Source of the DNA: a bacterium
Lineage (GTDB): Bacteria; UBA8248
DNA length: 64,000 nucleotides
Reading direction: 5' to 3'
Assembly: GCA_965213625.1 (NCBI GenBank)
Contig: CBDBZU010000004.1
Span: forward strand, 1,824,001 to 1,888,000
Shown here: positions 40,076 to 50,136 of the stretch, in pieces
Numbering within the stretch: the first letter of the stretch is position 1
Layout: each line of letters starts with the position of its first letter
The notes under the pieces: generated by a model
Databases searched by the model: none
What the model was told of the DNA's origin: nothing
What the model saw: the letters and a program-made list of their open reading frames with translations, nothing else
Position numbers and translations under genes: made by a program

Positions 40076-40909
40076 TTATTCCTTGAGACCGGTGAGCGTG
40101 ATGCCGCGGACGAAGGCGCGCTGGAAGAACAGGAATATGAACGCCGCCGGGATCATCCCCATGACCGCAAGCGCCATGATTTCATGGTAGGCGGCTGAAT
40201 CGATGCCCTCCATCTGGGCGAGGCCGAGCGGGAAAGTCTTCAGGTTGTCGGTCGTCGCCACGATGAAGGGCCAGAGGAACTGGTCCCAGTTGTCGCGGAA
40301 GGCGAGCAGCGCCAGCGCGCCCAGTGCGGGCTTGCAGTTGGGGAGAATGATGCGCCAGAAGATGCCGAATTCGCTGCATCCGTCCATCCGCGCCGCCTCG
40401 ATGAGGGAGTCGGGAATGTCCCGGATGGACTGGCGCATGAGAAAGACGCCGAAAGCGTCCACCGCCAATGGCGCGATCAGCCCGCCATAGGTGTTGACGA
40501 GGCCCAGTTCCCGCACCACGAGGAAAGTGGGCACCAATACGATTTCCAGCGGGAGCATCAGCGTGCTCAGAATCAGGCGGAAGCACAACTCCCGGTGCGG
40601 GAAACGGAACTTGGCCAGACCGTAGCCCGCCAGCGTGCAGAAAACGAGGTTTCCTCCCATGACCGCAAAGGCCACGATGAAGCTGTTGAAGAAATAGACC
40701 CCAAAAGCCCCTTTGGCCAGGGAGTTCGGGTAGTTCACCCACTGGATGTCATCCGGTATCCATTGAATGGGGAGATCGAAAACCTCGATCCCCGTCTTGA
40801 TGGAAGAGGAGACCATCCAGAAATAGGGCAGGAGCATCACCCCGACTCCTGCGACTGTGAGGAGGGATATGAGCGCGCCTCCCAAGCGGAGCATCGTCTT
40901 GCGGCTCAT
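40076..40909 (-). CDS. carbohydrate ABC transporter permease (MalG-like)
   Basis: EAARMDG motif, WDQFLWP. Confidence 0.92.
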   Translation of the reverse strand: MSRKTMLRLGGALISLLTVAGVGVMLLPYFWMVSSSIKTGIEVFDLPIQWIPDDIQWVNYPNSLAKGAFGVYFFNSFIVAFAVMGGNLVFCTLAGYGLAKFRFPHRELCFRLILSTLMLPLEIVLVPTFLVVRELGLVNTYGGLIAPLAVDAFGVFLMRQSIRDIPDSLIEAARMDGCSEFGIFWRIILPNCKPALGALALLAFRDNWDQFLWPFIVATTDNLKTFPLGLAQMEGIDSAAYHEIMALAVMGMIPAAFIFLFFQRAFVRGITLTGLKE

Positions 40910-41847
40910 TCCATCCCTCCCCGGCGCAAGAGCCGCAACTGAATCAGGGTCAGGCCGAATAGAAAGACGAACAGCACCATCGAGGCTGCGGCGGCCTCTC
41001 CCATGCGGAAGAAGGCGAATCCCGTTTCGTAGATGAAGTAGGGAAGCACCCTTGTCGTCCCGTTGGGGCCGCCTTCGGTCATGACCAGAGGGTTCAGGAA
41101 CACCTTTACGGCCGAGAGGAGAGACAACACCATCACGAACGTTATCGTGGGGAGAAGCAGCGGAATCGTCACGTAAAAGAAGCGCTGGAACACACCCGCG
41201 CCGTCGATGATGGCCGCCTCATAGTATTCCTTCGGGATGGCCTGGAGGCCCGCGAGGTAAATCACGCCGAAGAGCGGGATGCCCCGCCAGATGCCGATGG
41301 CAATGAGGGCGGGAAGCGCCGACTCCTCCATCGAGAGCCAGTTGATGCGGCCGATTCCGAAGGTCTCCAGGATCGTGTTCACCAGGCCGTAGGGGTGGTA
41401 CATGAACTTCCACACCATGGCCACCACGATCTGCGACATCGCAATCGGGAAGAAATACGCCAGACGGATGACCGAACGCCCCGGCATTCGCCGATTCAGG
41501 AGGAGGGCCAGCGCCAGAGCGAAGAACCACTCCGGGATGGAGACGCCGAACATGTACTTGACCGAGACCCAGAATGATTGATGAAAGAGCGGGTTTTCCC
41601 AGAGGAGGTTGTAGTTCATGAGCCCGGTGAATACGGGCGGGCTCATGAGGTCGTAGCGGTAGAAGCTCAGCCGGAAGGCCTGGAGCATGGGGTAGAACTT
41701 GAAGATTATGAGATGAATGAGCGCAGGGAGAACGAAGAAGAACCCCGCCCAGCGGAGGTGGCTGTGGAGGGAGCGTTTCCCCCCTCCAGCCACCATCCGC
41801 CGAATCATCGACGGTAAAGTCCGGTCGACTCCGATCTCGCGACCCAT
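40906..41847 (-). CDS. carbohydrate ABC transporter permease (MalF-like)
   Basis: YLAGLQAIP..EAAIIDGA, TEGGP. Confidence 0.92.
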   Translation of the reverse strand: MGREIGVDRTLPSMIRRMVAGGGKRSLHSHLRWAGFFFVLPALIHLIIFKFYPMLQAFRLSFYRYDLMSPPVFTGLMNYNLLWENPLFHQSFWVSVKYMFGVSIPEWFFALALALLLNRRMPGRSVIRLAYFFPIAMSQIVVAMVWKFMYHPYGLVNTILETFGIGRINWLSMEESALPALIAIGIWRGIPLFGVIYLAGLQAIPKEYYEAAIIDGAGVFQRFFYVTIPLLLPTITFVMVLSLLSAVKVFLNPLVMTEGGPNGTTRVLPYFIYETGFAFFRMGEAAAASMVLFVFLFGLTLIQLRLLRRGGME

Positions 41848-41858
41848 CTGTTCTCCGC

Positions 41859-43142
41859 CTACTTCTTGGCCAGCGCCGCGTCGATCTCCTTACACGCCCT
41901 GTCGAGCGATTTCTTGGAGTCTTCCTTCTTCAGGACCACGCGCTCCATCGCCCGGTGAATCGCCTGGTTGAGTTCGAGAACTTTGTCGGAGCGCTGCAGA
42001 AAGCGCCCGTTCGAGATGTCCTTTACGAACACGTCCAGATAGCGTGTCTTGCGCGCATCTTCCATCCCGGGAAGGTTCAGGAAATTTTTGTCGGGATGGG
42101 GATAGGAAGTCCTCTCGTACCACGTCTTGGAGTCATTGACGACGTGTTTTAACACTTTATGCACTGCCCGCTGCTTCGCCTCGGAAATATGGGGATTCAC
42201 CGCGAGGGCGAAGCCGTAAATCGGCGTCACGGGCTTTTTGGGGTCCACCTGCGGGAAGGGCACCACCTTCACGTGTTTCATTACCTTGGGGCCGAATTGC
42301 GCCACACTGCCTGCGTGGGTGATGAACATGGAGACGCGCCCCTTGGGCAGATCGTCAGCCGGGAGGGCGTTGGTGCCCAGGCTTACGGTGGGGTCCGAAG
42401 CCTTGTAGTGGTGCGCAATCCTGGCCCGGACATTCATGGCCTTCACGCCCGCCTTGCTGTTGGCCAGGCACTTTTTCCCGGAGGCGTCGAGGACTTCTCC
42501 CCCGTATTGGCGAATCGTCGTGTTGAAGTACCACATCGTCCAGGTGGAGGAGTGCATGGCGAAATCGAAGCCCTCGCGCACCATCCTGCTGCCCCTCATT
42601 TTCACCAGTTTTTTCCCGATGCGGCCAACGTCTTCCCAGGTGCGCGGGTAATCCTTGTCCGGGTCCAGGCCCGCTTCCCGGAAGTGTTTCGTGTTAATGA
42701 AGAGGCTGAAGCCGGAAGCGATGGGAGGGAGAGCGTAAAGCTTCCCCTTGTGGATGTAGCCGTCCAGCGCCCCCGGTATGTAGGCCTTCTTCATATCCTC
42801 GAGGTCCTTGTAGCCCAGCCATTCGGGACGAATGGGCGCGAGGACGTTCTTGGCGGTGAAGCCGGGCAGCAGGAAGTCGATGAGCGTGAACATGTCGGCC
42901 GCCGAGCGCGTGGAAAGCGCGGCCGTGAGTTTTTGGAAGTAGGGGGTCATCGCGAAAAAATCATACTGCACTGGAGACTTGGGGTTCTTCTTGTTCCACT
43001 CCGCCACCAAATCCTTCGAGTAGTTGTTGTGCGGCGGGTTGCTGTGTTCCCACCAGGTGATCCTTTGCTGGGCGAAAGCCGGGCTCATGAGAAGCACCGT
43101 CAGCAATCCGACCAAAAGATGAGTCATGAGGAAGCGTTGCAT
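41859..43142 (-). CDS. carbohydrate ABC transporter extracellular solute-binding protein
   Basis: Signal peptide (AFA), GKLYALP, PRTWED; GGAGAGGAGG RBS. Confidence 0.88.
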   Translation of the reverse strand: MQRFLMTHLLVGLLTVLLMSPAFAQQRITWWEHSNPPHNNYSKDLVAEWNKKNPKSPVQYDFFAMTPYFQKLTAALSTRSAADMFTLIDFLLPGFTAKNVLAPIRPEWLGYKDLEDMKKAYIPGALDGYIHKGKLYALPPIASGFSLFINTKHFREAGLDPDKDYPRTWEDVGRIGKKLVKMRGSRMVREGFDFAMHSSTWTMWYFNTTIRQYGGEVLDASGKKCLANSKAGVKAMNVRARIAHHYKASDPTVSLGTNALPADDLPKGRVSMFITHAGSVAQFGPKVMKHVKVVPFPQVDPKKPVTPIYGFALAVNPHISEAKQRAVHKVLKHVVNDSKTWYERTSYPHPDKNFLNLPGMEDARKTRYLDVFVKDISNGRFLQRSDKVLELNQAIHRAMERVVLKKEDSKKSLDRACKEIDAALAKK

Positions 43143-43782
43143 GGTATTCCCTCCTCTCCCGGTCCGTCTGTTTTGATCAGCGGACCTATGAGGATTCCGG
43201 TACATCCTATGGATATAGGTGTGCCGGAATCGAATGAGCGCTGCAGAAGCACGTCACAGGATTCCACGACGACCACTATTTCCTTTGTAGCTTGAATGGA
43301 AACATCTTAGCACCTGGCCACTCCAGATCAAAATTCCTTTAACGATGGTCCGGTTCCGGCGCCGCACTCACGCTTGCGCGGCAGACCGGTCATCCCCACT
43401 TCCGCGAACCGTTTTCGCCTCGCCGGAAGCTCTCCTGTTTGCAGTTTTTTTAGAAAATTCTTAATCGCAATGTCGCGCCAAAAGGTGTGAAAAGTCGAAT
43501 TTCAATATTGTTGCAACATTCAAAAGTTGTCCCTATATTGAAAGTAGGAACAAGTTCATAAAGAGCGCGACACGCTGTGATTTTGATTTTGAAATACGCA
43601 GCTTTTACAGGGGTGTCGATACTGCTTGTCGCTGGCCTGGGCGCGGCCAACATCGAATAGAAGTTCGCGTTCCGTGACGACGCTTCGCAGATGAGGAGGG
43701 CATAAACCGATTCGAAATAGTTGATGGTTGATGATCGTATTGACATCAGCTAACGGAAGACTTCGCCAGGGGAGTTCTCGCA

Positions 43783-44532
43783 ATGTTGATCAAATCTATT
43801 TTACCTATTTTTTTGTCCCTGTCTTTTCTTCTTATCCTTATCCCAAACGCTTCCCTGGCGAAGTATAAAGTCGTATCCATCACAGGCGGCGGGACCATCA
43901 CCGGCAAGGTGAGCTTCAAGGGCAAGCCTCCCGCCCCCGTCAAATACATTATCACCAAGGACTATAACGCCTGCGGTAAGGGCCAGGTAACCCGCCAGGA
44001 GGTGGACGCGAAGGACGGCGCCCTCAGGGGCGTTGTCGTCTATCTCGACAAGGTCAGGAAGGGCAAGGGCTATCCCAAGGAAATCCAGAGCGCTGTGGTG
44101 GACCAGAAAAAGTGCGCCTATGTCCCCTACCTCCAGGTCGTCGCCGAGGGGGGCAAGGTCACCATCCTGAACAGCGACGCCGCCCATCACAACATCCACA
44201 CCTACGAGATCATCGGCCGGTCGAAACGCTCCATGTGGAACATCTCCCAGCCCAAGCAGCGGAAAAAAGTCGTCCGCAGGGCCAAGGTTCGGCGGAGCCC
44301 CATCGTCCGTATCGAGTGCGACGTGCACAACTGGATGAAGGGGTTTCTCTTCGTGGCCAGGAATCCCTATTACGCGCGCGTGAACGATGACGGCAGTTTT
44401 GAGATCAACGACGTTCCTCCGGGGAAATACTCCCTGCGGGCGTGGCACCCGGCCCTGGGGGTCAAGAAGAAAAAGATCGCCATAACCGCCGGGGGGAAGA
44501 AGGCCGCCGCCTTCACGTTTTCTTCGAAATAA
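43783..44532 (+). CDS. secreted protein with cupredoxin-like core and carboxypeptidase-regulatory-like domain
   Basis: Signal peptide; HNIH and CDVHNWM (C-x2-H-x2-M); DGSFEINDVPPGKY..WH. Confidence 0.75.
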   Translation: MLIKSILPIFLSLSFLLILIPNASLAKYKVVSITGGGTITGKVSFKGKPPAPVKYIITKDYNACGKGQVTRQEVDAKDGALRGVVVYLDKVRKGKGYPKEIQSAVVDQKKCAYVPYLQVVAEGGKVTILNSDAAHHNIHTYEIIGRSKRSMWNISQPKQRKKVVRRAKVRRSPIVRIECDVHNWMKGFLFVARNPYYARVNDDGSFEINDVPPGKYSLRAWHPALGVKKKKIAITAGGKKAAAFTFSSK

Positions 44533-44604
44533 GGCCGTATTTCCAGCATATATGGGACGGAAGTCTTACAGGAGATAGAACAGCCAGCTTGGGAGGAGGA
44601 AAGA

Positions 44605-45711
44605 ATGGAATTCGTTCACGCCATCCGGCGCCGGATACTCTGCGGAATCCTGCTGAGCGCCTGGGTTTTTCTCCCGGCGATAGGGTGGGGAGCTTCCCTC
44701 GCACCCCTTCCGGCGCCCAAGGCCCAGAAGCCCGCGCAGACCGAGTTGGGCCGGCATCTCTTCTTCGATCCCCGCATGTCGGGGGACGGGGGGATCAGCT
44801 GCGCCACCTGCCATCAGCCCGCAAAGGGCTGGGGTGACGGCCAGAGCCTCTCGACGGGCTATCCGGGGAGTAAGTATTTCAGAAACGCCCAGACGCTCCT
44901 GAACGCCGCCTACAACAAGCGGGTCTTCTGGGACGGCCGTCTGAGCGGGGCCGACTTGCCCACCCTCGTGCGGGACCACCTGACGGAAGCCCACTTCATG
45001 CTGGTGGACGGACGTCTTTTCCCCGAGCGGCTCAAGCAGGTTCCCGCTTACGTCAAGATGTTCAAGGAGGCCTATGGCGGGGAGCCTTCCTTTGGCGGCG
45101 CGCTCAAGGCCATCTCGGCGTTCCTGCATACCATCGCCTCGCGGAACGCGCCTTTCGATGCGTACCTGAAGGGCGATAAAAAGGCCCTTTCTGCCCAGGC
45201 CAAACAGGGACTCGCCCTGTTCCAGGGGAAGGCCGGTTGCGTCCAGTGCCATAACGGCGCCCTTTTGAGCGACGGCGGATTTCACGCGCTCGGCGTTCCC
45301 GAAAACGAGCAGATTTTCAAGGACCCGATGCGCCACATCACTTTCCGCCGGTTCAACAAGGTGCTCGGCGTCCCGAATTTCATGAACTTGAGAGCCGACG
45401 CGGGCCTCTACGTCGTGACGAAAGAAGAGAGCGACCGCGGCAAGTTCCGCACGCCGACGCTGCGCGAAGTCGCCCGGACGGCGCCCTACATGCACAACGG
45501 CGCTTTCGCCACACTGGAGGACGTCGTCGCCTTCTACAATAAGGGCGGCGGGAGCGGCCCCAACAAGAGCTCGCGGCTCAAGCCCCTGGGACTCTCCGCG
45601 GATGAGAGAAAGGCCCTGGTGGAGTTCATGAAGAGTCTCTCCGGTGCTGCGGTTTCCACGAATGAACCGAAAATTCCCGATTATGAACTCCGCAAACTCG
45701 GCGATAATTGA
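44605..45711 (+). CDS. diheme cytochrome c peroxidase/MauG family protein (IdrP-like)
   Basis: LFFDPRMSGDG, CATCH, FWDGR, CVQCH, FRTPTLR, PYMHNG. Confidence 0.9.
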   Translation: MEFVHAIRRRILCGILLSAWVFLPAIGWGASLAPLPAPKAQKPAQTELGRHLFFDPRMSGDGGISCATCHQPAKGWGDGQSLSTGYPGSKYFRNAQTLLNAAYNKRVFWDGRLSGADLPTLVRDHLTEAHFMLVDGRLFPERLKQVPAYVKMFKEAYGGEPSFGGALKAISAFLHTIASRNAPFDAYLKGDKKALSAQAKQGLALFQGKAGCVQCHNGALLSDGGFHALGVPENEQIFKDPMRHITFRRFNKVLGVPNFMNLRADAGLYVVTKEESDRGKFRTPTLREVARTAPYMHNGAFATLEDVVAFYNKGGGSGPNKSSRLKPLGLSADERKALVEFMKSLSGAAVSTNEPKIPDYELRKLGDN

Positions 45712-45721
45712 GGAGACGGCC

Positions 45722-46861
45722 ATGAACGCGCGAATGAAAAACTGCTTCCTGGGTTCCACGATGGCCGTCTGCTTCATCGCCGCCCTTCTGGTGGGAGGAG
45801 CGGACGCGGCCCGGAAGGGGAAATTCCCTCCGCTGGGGCCATTACCGCCTGTTCCGGTTCCGGCTGACAATCCCATGTCTCCGGCCAAGGTGGAGTTGGG
45901 CAAGCTGCTCTTTTTCGACGCCCGCCTGTCGGGGGACGCCAGCACGTCGTGCGCCTCTTGCCACAGCCCCGAAAACGGCTGGGGAGACGGCGGCGACCTG
46001 AGCCGGGGCTACCCGGGCACGCAGCACTGGCGGAACTCCCAGACGATACTCAATTCTGCCTATTACGCAAAACTGTTCTGGGCAGGCGAGGTTCCGAGTC
46101 TGGAAGCCCAGGCCAAGAGCGCCGCCACGGGCAACGTGGCCGGAAACGGCGACACCATGATGATGGAGGAGCGTCTGCGCCAGGTTCCCGAATACGTCAA
46201 GCGCTTCCGTGAGGTGTTCGGATCCGCCTGGCCGACCATCGACGACGCATGGCGGGCCATCTCGGCCTACGAGCGCACACTGATTTCGAAGGCGGAGGAC
46301 GTGCCGTTCGACCGCTTCATGAAAGGAGACAAGAAGGCGCTCTCGGAAAGCGCTCTGCGCGGGCTGGCTCTTTTCCGCGGAAAGGCGCAGTGCATCCAGT
46401 GCCACAACGGCCCCCTCCTTTCGGATGAGGACTATCACAACATCGGCGTCCCCAAGAACCCCGCGTTCGAGGAAGACCCCTTGCGGCAGATAACGCTTCG
46501 CTTTCAGCACGTGATACGAGGCGTTCCCGAATCCGTGTACCGCAAGGCGGATCGGGATTTGGGCCTCTACTACACCACCAAGCGGGAGGCCGATAAGGGG
46601 AGGTTCCGCACCCCCAGCCTGCGGGAGCTGAATTACACGGCGCCTTTCATGCACAACGGCGCATTTTTCGAGTTGGATGAGGTCATCGATTTTTATGACG
46701 AAGGAGGAGGGGAGGACGCGAACAAGAGTCCACTTCTCAAGAAATTGGGGCTCTCGGACGAGGAGAAGGAAGACCTGCTGGCCTTTCTGGAATCGCTCTC
46801 GAGCGATAAGCCTTTGCTCGTTCAGCCCCCTGAACTGCCGCCGTACGCGGCCATGCCGTAA
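45722..46861 (+). CDS. second diheme cytochrome c peroxidase/MauG family protein (IdrP-like)
   Basis: LFFDARLSGD, CASCH, CIQCH, FRTPSLR, PFMHNG; paralogue of the upstream gene. Confidence 0.9.
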   Translation: MNARMKNCFLGSTMAVCFIAALLVGGADAARKGKFPPLGPLPPVPVPADNPMSPAKVELGKLLFFDARLSGDASTSCASCHSPENGWGDGGDLSRGYPGTQHWRNSQTILNSAYYAKLFWAGEVPSLEAQAKSAATGNVAGNGDTMMMEERLRQVPEYVKRFREVFGSAWPTIDDAWRAISAYERTLISKAEDVPFDRFMKGDKKALSESALRGLALFRGKAQCIQCHNGPLLSDEDYHNIGVPKNPAFEEDPLRQITLRFQHVIRGVPESVYRKADRDLGLYYTTKREADKGRFRTPSLRELNYTAPFMHNGAFFELDEVIDFYDEGGGEDANKSPLLKKLGLSDEEKEDLLAFLESLSSDKPLLVQPPELPPYAAMP

Positions 46862-46871
46862 GGAGGAATCC

Positions 46872-47414
46872 ATGACTCAGGAAGCCAAGGAAACCCGGCC
46901 TTGTATCTCGCGGCGCGCCTTTCTCCTGGCCGGCGGAACCGCCATGAGCGTGGTGCTGGTCGAGGGCATCCCCGGCCTGGCCGGAGCGGCCCTGCAAAGG
47001 GCGGCGTATCCCCGCCGGAAAATCGGCAAGCTCAGCGCCCTCAAAGTCGATACGCCTCAGTATTTCCAGTATCCCTGGAAGGACGTCTTCTCGGGGTGCA
47101 TGCTGGTCAAGCTGGGCGTAACGGCCGGCGGCGGCGTCGGCCCCAAGAGAGACGTCGTGGCGTTCAGTACCCTGTGCACCCACATGGGCGGCCCTCTGCA
47201 GGGGACATACAACGGGCAGTACAAGGCCATCGGCCCGTGCCCGTTCCATCTGACGACCTTCGACCTCATGAAGCACGGCATGGTCGGGGCGGGGCAAGCC
47301 ACGGAAAGCCTCCCCCAGGTCGTACTGGAGACCCGTGGAGACGACATCTACGCGATCGGAATGATGGGGCTGCTATACGGTTATCACTCGAATCTTGCGC
47401 CGGCACAGCGCTGA
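46872..47414 (+). CDS. idrB: Tat-exported Rieske small subunit (IdrB/AioB-like)
   Basis: SRRAFLL Tat motif; CTHMGG and CPFH ligands; GQATESLPQV; AGGAGG RBS. Confidence 0.8.
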   Translation: MTQEAKETRPCISRRAFLLAGGTAMSVVLVEGIPGLAGAALQRAAYPRRKIGKLSALKVDTPQYFQYPWKDVFSGCMLVKLGVTAGGGVGPKRDVVAFSTLCTHMGGPLQGTYNGQYKAIGPCPFHLTTFDLMKHGMVGAGQATESLPQVVLETRGDDIYAIGMMGLLYGYHSNLAPAQR

Positions 47415-47426
47415 GGAGGACGCATC

Positions 47427-50093
47427 ATGGCAGGAAAGGTAACGAACTACTACCTTGCGGAAGACAGTGTCCCCCTCCCCCCGCGAGACGCTGAGGTTTT
47501 CACCACGGCGTGCGACTATTGCATCGTGGGCTGCGGGTACAAGGTCTACCGCTGGCCAATCGGGCGCGAGGGCGGGCCCAAGGCCGGCCAGAACGCCCTG
47601 GGCGTCGATTTTCCCACCGCCATCATGAGCGGCGGCTGGGTCAGCCCGAACATGCACAACATCATCATGGTGAACGGTCGCCCACACCACGTCATCGTCA
47701 TGCCGGACAAGGATGCGAAGGTCGTGAACGTCGGGGGAAACCACTCCATCCGGGGCGGCGTCCTGGCGAAGAAACTCTATAATCCCAACGAACCCTCACA
47801 GGACCGCCTGCGCCAGCCGATGATGCGCGTTCGAGGAACCTTACAGGAGGTCTCGTGGGATACGGCTATGGGCGTCTTGGCGGGCATCTCGAAACACGTC
47901 CTCGACAAGTTCGGCGAGCACGCCTGGGCCATGAAGACGTATTCCTACCAGTATTTCGAAAATACCTATGCCATCTCCAAGCTCGCCTTCCGCGCCATCG
48001 GGACGCCGGCCTACGCCCCGCATGACAAGCCGGGTCCCGGCCCGGACACGCCTGGGATTGATTTTTCCGGCATCAATCCATTCAGCGCCTCCTATGACGA
48101 CTGGGGAGAGGCCGAGGTCATCTTCTTCTCGGGCGTCGACCCGTGGGAGACCAAGTCGGTGCTGTTCACCTCCTGGATCATGGGCGGAAAAACGCCGAAC
48201 AAAAAGCTGGTCTTCGCTCTTCCGCGTAAGACCTCGGGCGTGGCCTACGGCGAGAAGCGCGGCGGTCTCTTCCTGCCCGTCATTCCGGGAACGGATACGG
48301 TCCTCCAATTGGCCATCATCCGCCTGATCCTCGAGAACGGCTGGGAGGACAAGGAGTTTATCGCGAGAAAGGTGTCGAACAAGTGGGAGATCGGCTCCGG
48401 CATGGGACGCGGCACCCGCAACACGCCGTGGCAGTGGGTCACGACCTGGGGCAAGTACGGGACCGACTTCGAGGGCTATAAAAAGTGGATTCTGAGCTAT
48501 CCCTACGCCGAACTGGAGCGAGCCGCGAAGATCACGGGCGTGCCGGCGGCGGACATTCGAAAGACAGCCGAAATCCTGGCCAAGCCCAAGCCCGACGGAA
48601 CGCGCAAGAAAACCTCGTTCATGCTCGAGAAGGGCAATTACTGGTGCAACAGTTTCGGGAACACGGCTTCCTTCGCGGCCCTCGGGCTGGTCTGCGGCGC
48701 CGGGTCGCGGCCCGGTCGCGTGATCTCCCGAGGCGGGGGGCATCAGCGCGGCTGGATGGGCGCGGCCGGTTACCCGAGGAGCCTGTCTCCGGAGAAGGCG
48801 CCGGGACGCCGCAAGAAGGAAATCGATCTCGACCGCTGGGTCGTAGACGGTCACGTCCGCTTCGCATGGGTCATCGGAACCACCTGGTGCCAGGCCATGG
48901 CGGCGTCTCAGGAGTTGATGGACGTTTTCCAGCGATTGACTCGACACAACCCCCACCAGATCGAGAGTTTTGACGTCGATTCGGCGGTGGACGCCTTAAA
49001 GCGGCGCGTGGACGCCGGCGGCATGGTCGTGGCCCACCAGGACATCTACCCGGTTGCTCCCATCGGAACCGAGTATTCGGATCTGATTCTTCCGGCCGCC
49101 ACCTGGGGTGAGGAAGACTTCACCCGGTGCAACGGCGAGCGCCGCCTCAGGCTCTACAGCAAGTTCGCCGACCCCCCCGGAGAGGCCCGGCCCGACTGGT
49201 GGATCATCGCCGCGTTCGCGAGGAAGATGGGCTTCAAGGGCTTCGACTGGAAGGACAGCAACCAGATATTCGAGGAGGCGGCCCGCTTCGGACGCAAAGG
49301 AGTACTCAACTACCATCCGCTCGTCGTGAAGGCCAAGCGCGAGGGGAAACGGGGCCACGAGTTGCTCCGCGAATACGGGACCGGCGGCATCCAGACCCCC
49401 ATTCGCATGGTCAAGGGCAAACTCGTCGGGACGAAGCGTCTCCACGACGAAACCCTCGAACTGGGAACCCCCGAAGGCCCCACCATGCACAGGAAATGGC
49501 TCACCTCCTTCGGGACCCAGAGCGGCAAGGCGGTTTTGCTGAAAAGCTACTGGGAGGATTTCAAGGATTTCTACGATAGGGTCACCCCGCAGGGAGACGA
49601 GTTGTGGGTGACGAACGGCCGCATCAACGAGCTGTGGCAATCCGGCTACGACGACAAGCGGCGACCCTACATCATGCAGCGTTGGCCCCAGCAGTTCTTG
49701 GAGATTCACCCGAAAGACGCCGGCGCCCGGGGCATCGAATCAGGAGACCTGGTGGCCATCGAGAACGACGACCTGCTCGTGCAGACGGGAGGGTACATCG
49801 GCGTCGACGGCAAGGAGCAGACCTTCACCGAGCTCATGAAGGCCGGGCGGATCAAGAAGAGCAAGGGTAGCTTCACCGCCGTGGCTATGGTCACCGACGC
49901 GGTTCGGGAGGGTGTCACCTTCGCCTATTTCGGCTTTCCCGAGAACCCGGCCAACTCGGTGGTTCACCGGGTGCCGGACCCCCTGACCAACCGCTACCGC
50001 TACAAGCTGGGCAAGGGGAAGTTGAAGAAGATTGGAGAATCTCCGCACAAGCATTCGCTGACGAGCCTCAGCTTCGTCCCCCGGACGCTTTAA
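47427..50093 (+). CDS. idrA: molybdopterin oxidoreductase large subunit, AioA-like; putative iodate reductase IdrA
   Basis: VPLPP..CDYCIVGCGY ([3Fe-4S] C-x2-C-x3-C) and HSIRGG; EKGNYW, GGHQRG, NGERRLRLY; lacks the AioA HNRPAYNSE motif; adjacent Rieske and two Ccp genes. Confidence 0.78.
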   Translation: MAGKVTNYYLAEDSVPLPPRDAEVFTTACDYCIVGCGYKVYRWPIGREGGPKAGQNALGVDFPTAIMSGGWVSPNMHNIIMVNGRPHHVIVMPDKDAKVVNVGGNHSIRGGVLAKKLYNPNEPSQDRLRQPMMRVRGTLQEVSWDTAMGVLAGISKHVLDKFGEHAWAMKTYSYQYFENTYAISKLAFRAIGTPAYAPHDKPGPGPDTPGIDFSGINPFSASYDDWGEAEVIFFSGVDPWETKSVLFTSWIMGGKTPNKKLVFALPRKTSGVAYGEKRGGLFLPVIPGTDTVLQLAIIRLILENGWEDKEFIARKVSNKWEIGSGMGRGTRNTPWQWVTTWGKYGTDFEGYKKWILSYPYAELERAAKITGVPAADIRKTAEILAKPKPDGTRKKTSFMLEKGNYWCNSFGNTASFAALGLVCGAGSRPGRVISRGGGHQRGWMGAAGYPRSLSPEKAPGRRKKEIDLDRWVVDGHVRFAWVIGTTWCQAMAASQELMDVFQRLTRHNPHQIESFDVDSAVDALKRRVDAGGMVVAHQDIYPVAPIGTEYSDLILPAATWGEEDFTRCNGERRLRLYSKFADPPGEARPDWWIIAAFARKMGFKGFDWKDSNQIFEEAARFGRKGVLNYHPLVVKAKREGKRGHELLREYGTGGIQTPIRMVKGKLVGTKRLHDETLELGTPEGPTMHRKWLTSFGTQSGKAVLLKSYWEDFKDFYDRVTPQGDELWVTNGRINELWQSGYDDKRRPYIMQRWPQQFLEIHPKDAGARGIESGDLVAIENDDLLVQTGGYIGVDGKEQTFTELMKAGRIKKSKGSFTAVAMVTDAVREGVTFAYFGFPENPANSVVHRVPDPLTNRYRYKLGKGKLKKIGESPHKHSLTSLSFVPRTL

Positions 50094-50136
50094 TGGAGAT
50101 GGAGGTTTATAGGTCGTAGGCCATAAAGGAGGTTGT

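Noticed and set aside
46872-50093. Canonical arsenite oxidase aioBA
   Set aside because: AioA signature motifs are altered, tandem Ccp genes are present and there is no arsenic context; an Idr-like call fits better
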